Source: the human T2T-CHM13v2.0 reference genome, Homo sapiens
Length of the DNA: 64,000 nt
Assembly: GCF_009914755.1 (NCBI RefSeq)
Contig: NC_060935.1
Reading direction: 5' to 3' (one strand)
Part shown: positions 1-64,000 of the stretch, in pieces
How the letters are laid out: each line of letters begins with the position of its first letter
Numbering within the stretch: position 1 is the first letter of the stretch
Position numbers and translations under genes: made by a program
The notes under the pieces: model-generated
Database searches by the model: none
Seen by the model: the letters and a program-made list of their open reading frames with translations, nothing else
Told to the model about the DNA's origin: nothing

Positions 1-1198
1 TTGCCCCTGAGGGGGCAGGCCCTTGATTCTACAAACAATTGGTTCCAGTTAAACATCATCTGGATCCTGCAAAGCGGACTTGAAAGGCAGCCTGAAAGGG
101 AGAGGCCGGGGCTTCCTGCTTGGGCTGGTTCCGTTGAGAAAGCTCTAGCCACCTGGTATCTGGCACGGGGACTAATGTGGAAAAGGATAACTGGCCTTCC
201 AGGCCGAGAGCCTAAAGGAAAGCTTCAGGAGAAGATTTGAATGCAGGAAAGAAACCAGACAGCCTCAAAAAGGACAATCTCAGTGTTAGCCCTGTCGGTG
301 CAGGAGCAGACTGGTACCTGCCACCTCTGGAGAGGTGTTTTCTTTGGAGACGGCTAAGGCGCCAGCTTATGCTTGCCTGTGGACCCACTGGAGCCGAGTG
401 AAATCCCTGTAGATGCAACCCATGCTCACAGCACCTGGGTCCTCAAGGGCTCCAGTAAGAGGGTAACTCCCCCAAGCCTGCCTGTGGCTGCTCATAGCAG
501 GCGGAGCAGGGCAGGCCGTGAGCAGTGGCCCGGAATTAGGAGGTCCAGCTGCCTGGGTAAGTGATCATTTCTGTTTGAGTCCTAGCCCCTTGGAAGCATG
601 TCTGCTTTTTTTTGGTAATTATTTTAATTTTAAATGTTTATTCAAAAATGTATTCCTGCTACCCACAGGCTCCAAGGGGCCCGCTCCCTCCTTCCTACCT
701 CCACTTTCTCTCAACCCCCCACTCACCCTCTCAAGAGAGGAAATGGTGGATCCCTCATCTGGAGCCAGAATGCAACTAGATCTTGCTTTCTAGGCTGGGT
801 ACGGACCAAGGCATGTCCTGCAGGGATGGGGGAACTTGTGGGGACGCTGGACACAGACCCATGAAGGGCAGCCACTTTGAATGGCAAGTGCTGGGGACGG
901 ACAGCCCGCTCCACCACCGTCTTGGGCCACTGCACAGGAAGATGGTGTGGGGGAGTGCGCCCCCTCCTAGTGGCCCCCAGAGGGCACCATGGGTCTGTGC
1001 GGCCACAGGTCCCCAGGCTGGGCCTCGAGCTGCCCTGCGCAGCTCCTGCTGGAATTGGGCTTTGCCAGGGACTGGGATCTTTATGTCGTTCCCCTAACGC
1101 CTGAGTCACGGCCGGTCACTGACCCACAGCCACTTTGGTTCAGGTTCTCAGTGACCTTAGGAATTTCTATACCTGTTTCAGGCAGGCAGGCAGGCGAC

Positions 1199-1353
1199 TT
1201 TTTTTTTGAGAGAGAGTCTTGCTTTGTTGTCCAGGCTGAGGTGCAGGGGTGATCATAGCTCACTGCAGCCTCGAACCCCTGGGCTCTGTGATCCTCCCAC
1301 CTCAGCCTCCTGAGCAGCTGGGAATACAGATGTGCACCACTATGCCCAGCTAA
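1199..1353 (-). mobile_element. Alu right-arm fragment (AluJ/FRAM-like)
   Basis: T tail followed by gtcttgctttgttgtccaggctg...cctcagcctcctgag. Confidence 0.85.
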
Positions 1354-1989
1354 CTGGCAGGGAATGTTTTAAAAACTTATATTTGTGCCTGAACTTTGCA
1401 CCTAAAACTACAGCCATAACTCCAGTACACTCTTGGACCTGAGTCGGCGCCTCACCATCTCCCTCCATTACCTCTGCTAGTGGCCTTGTGGTGGTACAGC
1501 CAGCTTAGCTTAGCTGGGCCTGGGGGCAGCAGTCACCCAGGGATAGGTCCCTCAAATCAATCAGGCCAGGTCAGGCCTGGGTGAAGGAGGCCCTGCTGCC
1601 ACTTTGGTGGGCTGTGCCATTTGGGGATGTGCCTCTGAAGACAACCCCCAAAATAGCTCCCACATAAAGGGCCGTGGAGGGGATGGGAGTGGAGATCAGG
1701 AAAGCCTGATAGTGTCATATTCCTCAGTCATTTGGTGTCTGTCCAGCTCAGTGGCACACATGTGCTTAATTAAATGTGAGCGTGGGCGGGTGAGGAATGG
1801 ATCCAGGCTTCGTTTCTGGAGAGAGGCGAGTGCTGGGTGGCCACAGCAATGGCTTTGGTAGGGTCTTGGCTCTGAGAGGGGGGAGACCTGAGTAACAGCG
1901 TTAGCTCTGGGATCTCTTCCTGGTCCTAAGGGGCTCCTCCCCAGTTCTGAACTCTGAGTAACCCTCTACCAGGAGCAGTGAGGCCAAGG

Positions 1990-3389
1990 TCATTGTTAAT
2001 GAGTGTTTATTGTTAATAAAACCATAGTACATTTACAGTAAGTGACAACATTATTGTACAGTTAAAGTATCATACAATATTACAGCAATAAAATAATGCC
2101 TATTTCTTTGTACATCCAGCCAAGCAGCTAGTCAAAATATTTTCCAGAATTGCAAGCCCCTGGGGGCTTTTCAGGGTGACCTGAGTGCCACCTTCTGAAA
2201 TGCCTGGGGCTTTTGGTGAATAAATAGTTTTTAAGGTGCGGCCAGACAGCTGAAGAAGTTGCACCCAGACAGACTGTGCCTGATGCTGCCCCAGTGTCTG
2301 GTCCATAAATATGACAGGTGTCAGGGGAGCCCAGGGCCTGCAGAATTCGAGGGCAAGGCCGTGAGGGGACACAGCAGAAAGGCCTCTTCTCCTGGCCCTT
2401 ACCTTCCATCAATGCCCTGTCCTTTAATCTCCAAGAGTCACAGTCCCCAGTGGGACCTGTTTGCCCAGCTCTCAATCCTACATTAAAGGAGCCGAGAGAC
2501 TTGACCAGGGGACTCTGCTTCATCGCCCCCACAAAGGCAACCTAGTCTAGGCCTGAGGTTCCAGAATCCACCCATTTACTTTGGCCCCTAAAACCAGCAG
2601 CAAAACAAGAGCTGAGGCCATTCCTACACAGCACCCCATCCCCTACCCCTTGCCCCTCCATGCCAGACTTAGCTCAGAAACCATCAAGCTGGGGAACTGC
2701 CCTCTGCTGCTAACTGAGCAAGCTGGTAGTCCTGATGGGAGGGACTCTGGAAGCCCAGGCACCAAAGACAATGGGGGAACTCCGGGTGGCAGCAGTCGTG
2801 GTGGCAGGGGGGGGTCCACAGGCCACTGGATGCCCACATTAAGCCTGTCAAACCTTTGAAGAACAAGTTTGGGGATTTGGGCAGCCTTTGCTATGTGACA
2901 TTTAGGAAGAAAAATACCAGCTTTTGAATTACTGCAGACGACTGGGGGCCTAGGCAGTATGCATTCTATACATTCATAAGGATTCCTGTACCCCCAGGAG
3001 CCCCAGTTGGGATGGTCTGAGTTTACTGAGGCCCTAGGGGTGAGTAGAGCTTGGAGGGCCTGGGCGGAGGTGGATCAGGATCAGCTGCTGACCTGCAGGA
3101 GGGGAGAGCGACACCCAGGGGGAGTGCATGGCTGCCCTTGAGTTGCAAACTGAGATGGGGAGGAGGGCCACCAGTTAGCTACATCTCCCCTTTGCCCATC
3201 AGTGATTGAACAAACAGCTCTAGGGCAGAGGAGATGAGGGTGAGCTGCCCGGTGACAGGGGGGACATCTGGGGGAGGAGGAGGAAACAGCCCCGTGAACC
3301 TGGCTCCAAGAGGGCCTACAACCATACCCCGACATGGTGGGCCCTGGCACCTCCACAGGCCCTGGCCTCGGCAGCCTCCGCCCCCTGCC
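1990..3389 (-). other. ABTB2: ABTB2 3' UTR (~1.4 kb; cleavage site approximate)
   Basis: Runs from the stop codon to the AATAAA signal; AU-rich terminal segment with UGUA motifs. Confidence 0.8.
2006..2011 (-). terminator. Polyadenylation signal AATAAA of ABTB2
   Basis: tttatt on +; upstream UGUA (CFIm-type) motifs near 2034-2060 and 2109-2114. Confidence 0.8.
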
Positions 3390-55716
<52,327 letters not shown>

Positions 55717-55987
55717 CTATGGGGAAAGAAGGCAGACAGGTCACACTTAGGAAGGAGTGGAAGTTCAGTGGGCCCCAGCCTGCTGCAGGCAGGGCTCAGC
55801 CCTGCTCCCCTGCTCTTGACAGAGAGAGGTTCAGGAGGTAAAATCTCTCTGAGCCTTGAGGACTTGAGAACTTTGACTGTGGACGGTGCTATAGGGGCCA
55901 GAATGAGAAGTAGCTCACTCGTAGCTGTGGTTTTAAGCACGTGGAGACCATCGTTTCTTGGAGGTACTCAAGAAACTGGCCTTCTTG

Positions 55988-56127
55988 GGCTCCTGGATCA
56001 TAGAAGCATTCATTCACTCACTTGCTGAATATTTACAGAGTGCCTGACTCAGCCCAGGCTCCTGGATCATACAAGCATTCATTCACTCACTCGTTGAATA
56101 TTTACAGAGTGCCTGACTCAGCCCAGG
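55988..56127. repeat. 69-bp tandem duplication
   Basis: ggctcctggatcata...agagtgcctgactcagccca x2 (3 mismatches). Confidence 0.93.
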
Positions 56128-57104
56128 TATTGTGCTATACTTAGGGTTCTGGGGTGACAAAGAGACCTGACTTTGTTTTCATGCAGCTCAGGGATGGCTG
56201 AGTCAGATGTAAATGCCCATCCTGACTTCCTGAAGGGCAGTGCCGCCCTGAGTCCTCTCCTTTCCCCATGCTGGGAGCAACCATTCAAAAGGGATGCTGC
56301 CTTCTCCACTTCAAGAAGGGGACGTGTCCTAGCCATGGGCCAAGTCCAATTAATGTTTTTCATTAACACTTCAACAGCAGTGGAGCAGAACTGTCAGAAT
56401 CAATCCCAGAGGGTGACAGCCTGTAAATTTCTCCAACTCACTATGTGGCTTCTTAGAAAGCACCAGAAAAGTGAAATCAGACTGGTTTAAAATTACATGT
56501 TGGCTCTTAAGAGCATGTGGCCACAGAGATTCTAGTTGCAGTCAGAATCTAGATAGGGATTCCCAACTTTTGGTAACCACTGTTTCTTTGATGGACAGAT
56601 TTTCTTTTTCCAACACTCACCCACAAACGTTTTTTTTTTTCTTTTTTAAAGAAAAATACCCACAGGAATTTAATCACTTTGGAGAAAATCTCTGAAAATT
56701 CCTAGAGATAACTGGAGAGCACCGGGATGTGGCCAAGTCTGGGTTAGAAGTCCCTAAACATGTGTGATGTAACAAGGACAACAGCAGCAACAGGTACAGC
56801 AGACAGAGCTTTGGAGCAGAATGTTGGGGTTCGTAATTCTGGCTGTCACGTAACCAGTGGTGTGATCTTGGTCAGGTTACTTAGACTCTACATCAGTTCA
56901 TCATCTGTTAACTAGAGATAACTAGAGTACCTAGCTCACAGGGCTGCTGTGAGGATTAACTGAGTAACTGGGGGTCAATGCTTGGACCAATGCCTGGCTC
57001 AGAGTACATGCTCTACCAAGTGCTGTTGCTATTATTTTTACTTTGTGCTGGGAACATAGGCTTCATTTACATTATCTCATTTATTCTTCCAACAACCCTA
57101 TAAG

Positions 57105-57508
<404 letters not shown>

Positions 57509-60090
57509 TCAGGTAAGTGGAAGAGCTAGGATTCAAATCTGGGATGGACTGGTTCCACAATGCATATACTTAACTCCTCTGTGAGCTCAGAGTCCAGTGA
57601 ACACATCACCAAAGCTCACTCATGGCTGTCCTTATGTGTGGCTGGTGCATATGACAATATGGCTGTATTATTACTGCCCATTTCACTCATGGACACCCTG
57701 TGCTGAACCCCATGTGTTTTTCTTTGTTGAGGAAATGCACACAGAGGTCTTCCTCCAGCCCAGGGCCTCAGTGTGTTCTCTGACCGTTCTGCAGGTTCAG
57801 CTGATGGTCAGTCCTGCCCTCCTAGCTTGACCTTCCCCTGACCCAGGCCTCCCCGCTCTCCTCCTGGCTGATGTGGTGAAGGCCCCCTCTCCATCTCCCT
57901 TTGCCTCTCCTGGATGGCAGCGACCCCTCTCATCACATCCAGTGCTGACTTAGCAAAGCACTGCTTCAAAGCACTTCCTTCAAGCTTTGTTTCTGTTGGA
58001 GGAGGAGGAAGAGTTCATGATTGGGCTCTCCCCCGCAGCCCCCTGCCAGGGCCCCAGTCCCTAAAGCAGAAACTCTCCCTGACAGCTGAGTAACCAAACA
58101 CATTGGGAAGAGCTGGCCGTAAGCTTTAAAACAAGTAAAACAAAAGGGAAAACCACCCCAACTACAGGCTGAAACCCACGACAGGCCAAACAGCTGGGAG
58201 AGCCCAGTGCAGGCCTGACTCCTCCTCCTTTCTCCATTATTAATCTACAGAAACAACACTGGAGACATGTGGATCAAATTTACAGAGCTTAGGGTAAGGG
58301 AATAGGAAATTCAGCTGATTTGTCAAAGGATTCCCAGAGAGAAATATTATGTCAATGGAGCTAGTAACAGGAGCTGTCAGCTCCATTAATAATAGTTCCC
58401 ATTTTCTCAGTCATCACCCACCCAAAGAGGCCTTCACTTAATACCGTGGCAAAAGTAATTAGGAACCTGTTATTAATAATAGTAATTGATAGCATCACAA
58501 CTTTTGCCTAGTACCTTTTGCTTTTAAATGACTTTTTACATCTAGTAATTTGTTCTTCCAGCAAGGGAGACAGGACAGTCATGATCAGTAACAACCACAG
58601 CTGACTTTTATTGAAGGCTTACTATGTGCCAGGCACTTACATGCGTTATCTAACACCCCAGAACTGCAGGAGGTACTATTCCCACCCATCTTACAGCTGA
58701 GAAAACTGAGGCCTGAAAAGTTTAGTGGCTTGCCTAAGGTCACTGAGGGTCAGAAACGGAACAGGGACTGGAGTTTCAATTTCTTCTCAAGCTGCTGAAA
58801 TAAATGACATTCTAACTTTGCCCACCTTGTCCTTTCTCGAGCTAGGCAGCGCCTAGGATATTGGAGAGGAAAGAGGTTTTGTCTGGGCCTGAGGTTTAAG
58901 AGGAGGAAATTCAAAGTAAGGCCCAGAAGTAGGACTTTCCCTTTCATGGGTCTCCAGGCACCTCCTGCCAAGGGTTCCTGGAGGCCTCCCATGAAACTCT
59001 ACAGACAAAAAGCTGTCTCTCTGACTCCCTCTGATCTTTGCAGAACACAGTTCCACAGCTTGTCTTCCAAGTCTGCTCTGTAAGAAAGTCTTCTCTACAT
59101 CAATTCTAAATTCTCTCTCCCACATCAGCTCATTCCTCAGCAGTTCTCACCAGAGATGGAAAATATTTTCTTTACATTCTCTTAACACCTCGATGTGTTC
59201 CTTTCCCCACACAAATTCCCAGCTCTAGCATAACGGGCCCAGGGCAAGATCATTCTAGTGAAAAGGAGTTTAAAAAAGAAAAAAGGAAAGGACATATCTA
59301 TTTTTTTCTGTTTAGTAAAATCCTTAGAAAAAAATTCTTCCTTTCTGTCATGATGGAGAAGAAAGCATGCGGGAACATTTGCCTTTATTCCTTTATTAGA
59401 GGGAAGAGGGACAACCGCTTTGGGACCATGTAAAAGCCACAGAGGGAACCGCATGCACCACCCTGTACCCATGACTGTGAGTGAATCTCGGAGTGTGGAG
59501 CAGTGAGCATGATGGAGTGATCCTTTGCCTCCCTCTTCTAAAACAGCAGCATTTCTGCTCAGTGTTGTACTCGAATGTGCTGTGGACTGTGCTGAAGCCT
59601 CAACATTTCTCAATCTCTACACAGAACCCTAATCTTCCATTGCTCAACTTTTCTCTTTCTGCTTGCCCAACCCTTGAATCTCAGACTCATTACCTTGTTC
59701 CTCAAAGCCTCCACCTCCTCTTCCACCAGCCCCTCTGTGAGTACAGCACCGTGGCCACCCGGTTGCCCAAGGAGAGACCTGTGAGTCACCCTTATCAGTT
59801 CTCTCCCTTCTCATCCACCTCCCATCAACCACCAAGCCTTGCTGCTTTTACCACCAACATATCTCAAAAATCCTTCACTGCCACCACCCCAGTCAGGCTG
59901 CCATCTTCCCCTGCCCCCCTGGACCTGCAGCAGCCTCCTCACCCATCCCCTGCCTCCAGGCTTACCCCCTTCCCCTTACTCTGGTCACCTTGCTCCGGCT
60001 TTGTACTCTTCAATGACTCTCTGTTAGCCTCACAAAGAAGTCCAAACTCCTTTGCACATCTAACTATCCTTTAAGAATAGTTAGCATCCT

Positions 60091-60378
60091 GGCTGGCCGT
60101 GGTGGCTCAGGCCTGTAATTCCAGCACTTTGGGAGGCAGAGACGGGTGAATCACTTGAGGCCAGGAGTTTGAGACCTGCCTGGCCACCGTGGTGAAACAC
60201 TATCTCTACTAAAAATACAAAAATTAGCCGGGCATGGTGGTGCACACCTGTAATCCCAGCTACTCAGGAGGCTGAGGTGAGGGAGAATTACTTGAACCTG
60301 GTGGAGGTTGCAGTGATGAGAACGTGCCACTGCACTCCAGCCTGGGCAAGAGAGTGAGCCTCTGTCTCCAAAAAAAAA
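60091..60378 (+). mobile_element. AluS/J-like element
   Basis: Full dimer. Confidence 0.92.
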
Positions 60379-60573
60379 CTTTTTTTTTCCCCCAGAAAAG
60401 AGAATAGATAACGTCCTTCTCTGCTTTTTGAAATTTAGGGAGGAGAGTAATTCTGCCAGTAAACTGGAAAATTTCCCAGCACCTCCCAAGATATCAGCAG
60501 AGTTAGGAACCCTGTGCACACCTGATCCTCGCTTCTCTAAGCTACTTTTCACTCTGCTCTGCTCTAGCCCAGA

Positions 60574-60942
60574 GGGGTGATGGTAGGGGTGGAGGGTAGG
60601 CGTGGGGGTGAGGATGGGGGTGAGGGGGAGGGGTAGGGGTGGGGGTGAGGGGTAGGGGTGGGGGTGAGGGAAAGGGTTGGGGGTGAGGGTGAGGGGTAGG
60701 GGTGAGGGGTAGGGGTGGGGGTGAGGGGTAGGGGTGGAGGTGAGAGGTTGGGGGGTCAGGGGTGGGGGTGGGGGTAGGGGTGGGGGTAGGGTGGGGGTGG
60801 AGGGTAGGGGTGGGGGTAGGGGTGGGGGTGGAGAGTAGAGGTGGGGGTGAGGATGGGGTGAGGGGTTGGGGTGGGGGTGGGGGTGAGGGATGGGGGTGAG
60901 GGGTAGTGGTAGGAGTAGGGTCAATGGTAGGGGTATGGGTGG
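60574..60942 (+). repeat. G-rich simple repeat (GGGGTG/GGGGTA/GAGGGT)n
   Basis: ~370 bp containing dozens of G3-G5 runs. Confidence 0.95.
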
Positions 60943-62133
60943 AACTCTGGAGGACAGCAGCCTGCTTCTTTCCTAAGTGATTCTCCACCAGGGCCCAGAG
61001 AGGGTGCCACTGAGTTAGAAGGGAAACCCAGTTCTCAGAAGACTGGGAAGCCGCCTTCTTGCCAGTTGCCAACCGGGAAGTGAGCTGAGTTTTAGCTTGC
61101 AGAGGCGCTGTCTCTTCCAAGCTGACGGAAGCTGGTGGACTGCACTTTGGGATGACAAGCCAGACTTCTAAAGGGTTTTTAGAAGCAGGGCTTAGGCCAA
61201 AGGCCAAATTGATGGGGATTTCATTCCCTTCTCTGTAAACCACGGGGGTGGAATCTATGGCTTCTCAAGTCCTCCCAGCACTGGGATTCTAGACTCTGAC
61301 CCCTATGTGTGCGACAGCACTCAGGTGCACCCCTGAAATCCTTTTTATCCCTTCTCATTCCACCATTTAACTTGTGAATTGTCAACAGTGGGAACACAGA
61401 GACCTTGTTTTTACTATTTCCTATGGTTTAATTTCCTCCAGAGCTATAACACCACCACTTTCCCCCATATACACACACACAACTTTAAATGTAAAAAAGA
61501 TGTCCTTTCTGTGTAAAACTGGATAGGTTTATAGTGAAGCTTTATCTGACCATTCATCAAAAAGCCACCAAGACTGTAACATAACTGTCCTCCAAACTCA
61601 GCAACCATTACGAGCGCTCTCCCCAGACTTGTAAATGTTCTTTCTGGGCAATGGGACAGTGAGTGTGGTACCATTTCTGCACCTGCCACCAACGGCCCCA
61701 CTAGCCCACCAGCTACCCGGCTCAGGGAAGCTCATGGCCAAGGCAGCCAAGGCCACCGCCTGTCCCTAGTTTCTTTGAAAGGAAAACCAGAGGGCAGAGG
61801 ATTACTCCTTTACTGCACTCGCAAGGAAACTTGGCAGGGCGTCTTCTGCCAGCCTTCTTAGGTGCGCGGGAAGCTTGGGTGGGGTGCAATCCATAAGCTT
61901 CTGAAAATAAAAATTATACTGCCCCACTGAACGGTTTCCAAATAGCCCAGATAAGCCAACCCCTTTTTAAAATTTTTTTAAGTGTTTCCATTCTCTGATC
62001 TGGAATTTTATATATAGTACATTTAATGCCCAGTTGTTATATATTAGTCATGCCAGAACAAAGTGTAGAAAAGTTGAAGCATGAATAGTTTTCAGGGAGA
62101 CCCAAATAGAGTGTAAGGACAGTCAATTCATTC

Positions 62134-62430
62134 TTTTTGTTTGTTTTGAGACGAGGTTTTATTCTGTCACCCAAGCTGGAGTGCAGTAATGGGATTACAG
62201 CTCACTACAGCTTCAACCTTCGGGGCTCAAGCAATCCTCCCATCTCTGCCTCCTGAGTAGCTGGGGTACAGGGGCACACTGCCGTGTCCAGCTAATTTTT
62301 GTATTTTTTGGAGAGATGGAGTTTTTGTCATCTTTTCCAGGCGGGTCTAGAACTCCTGGGCTCAAGCAATCTGCCCGCCTCAGCTTCCCAAATTTGCTGG
62401 GATTATAGGTGTGAGCCACCATGCCCAGCC
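62134..62430 (-). mobile_element. AluJ-like element
   Basis: TSD aggacagtcaattc. Confidence 0.92.
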
Positions 62431-62622
62431 AGGACAGTCAATTCTTTAAAAAAGCCCCCAAACCCTTCACTGAATAGTATTCCACATGACATTCTAAGTT
62501 CAGAGAGGCTGGGGGGATGGGTGTTGAGACAAGAGCAAGATGAGGGAAATAAGAGGAAAAACCTGAAGTGGAATGGAATATGCCCCAGGAGCTGTCAATC
62601 ATCCATGTAAAGTGATTCATCA

Positions 62623-62959
<337 letters not shown>

Positions 62960-63011
62960 TCATCTAATACTTGGGCAAAACCCATCTCAAGACGTGACCA
63001 TGATACTGTGA

Positions 63012-63432
<421 letters not shown>

Positions 63433-64000
63433 TGAGTAGGTCCTTTCTGCCAGGGATTGGATGAACGAGCATTTGAAACCCTAGAAAGACCCTCGCAGTG
63501 GAGTACTATTACTAACCCCATTTGCCAGCGAGGGACACTGAAGTTTAGATGGGCTGAGTCATTTGACTGAGGTCCACAGCTAGAAAATGGCAGAGGTGGG
63601 ATTCAGACCCAGTGTGTCTGATACTGGAGTCCACACTGGCTCAGTCTGAAGGAGGAGAACACGAGGCTCTCCCCATGCAAACTCAGAGACAGCACTCTTC
63701 CTTCAGCACTCACCACCCCATCAGCACTGTGCTTTCCTTCTTTTTCTAAGGTCAGGAAATTAAAAGCAAATAACAATTATCCTCCACTTAACACTTCATT
63801 CTGGCTAAGTTATCAGAACAGCACTGGCAAAAGGTGGTCTTCTGGTGAAGTCAGGCCCGGGGCCCAGGAGCTCACTGTTAAACAGTAAAATAATAACACA
63901 CACTTAACAACTGCTTAAGAAGCTGGCGGCCACAGAACCCAGGGGGAGATAAAAGGCTGGCAAAGGGTGATGTGCTCAGGGCCAGCAACCCCAATTTTCC

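Noticed and set aside
957-976. Other CTCF-like strings (also near 11230, 30486, 45713 and 46989)
   Set aside because: Each has two or more mismatches or wrong spacing, which is expected by chance in GC-rich DNA.
59481-60074. 197-aa plus-strand ORF
   Set aside because: Pyrimidine-rich low-complexity sequence, probably a decayed old repeat; non-ATG start and no domain.
60151-61243. Long Pro/His/Thr-rich ORFs (257 and 233 aa, minus strand)
   Set aside because: They are translations of the G-rich simple repeat plus antisense Alu; low complexity explains the lack of stops.

Overview
This is primate (almost certainly human) genomic DNA. Most of the window is the 3' part of one spliced gene on the minus strand, ABTB2 (ankyrin repeat and BTB/POZ domain 2). 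I traced 16 coding exons by hand between 55716 and 3390. All have GT-AG boundaries and matching phases, and they total 2195 nt ending in TGA at 3390-3392. The first coding exon lies beyond the window end; exon numbers 2-17 assume the 17-exon structure I recall. A ~1.4 kb 3'UTR ends near an AATAAA at 2006-2011 (-). The introns hold about 27 Alus (many with readable target-site duplications), MIR/L2/L1 and DNA-transposon relics, a Y3 RNA retropseudogene (40194-40290), microsatellites and G-rich tracts. Nearly all ORFs in the supplied track are spurious. I see no new multi-gene system. The best leads are: (1) an H2B-like histone fold split across exons 3-4, (2) a tandem repeat that copies the whole exon-4 3' splice site and gives an in-frame alternative acceptor, (3) a CpG/CTCF-like element 5' of exon 4, and (4) a triple AP-1/ARE motif cluster built partly by a tandem duplication.
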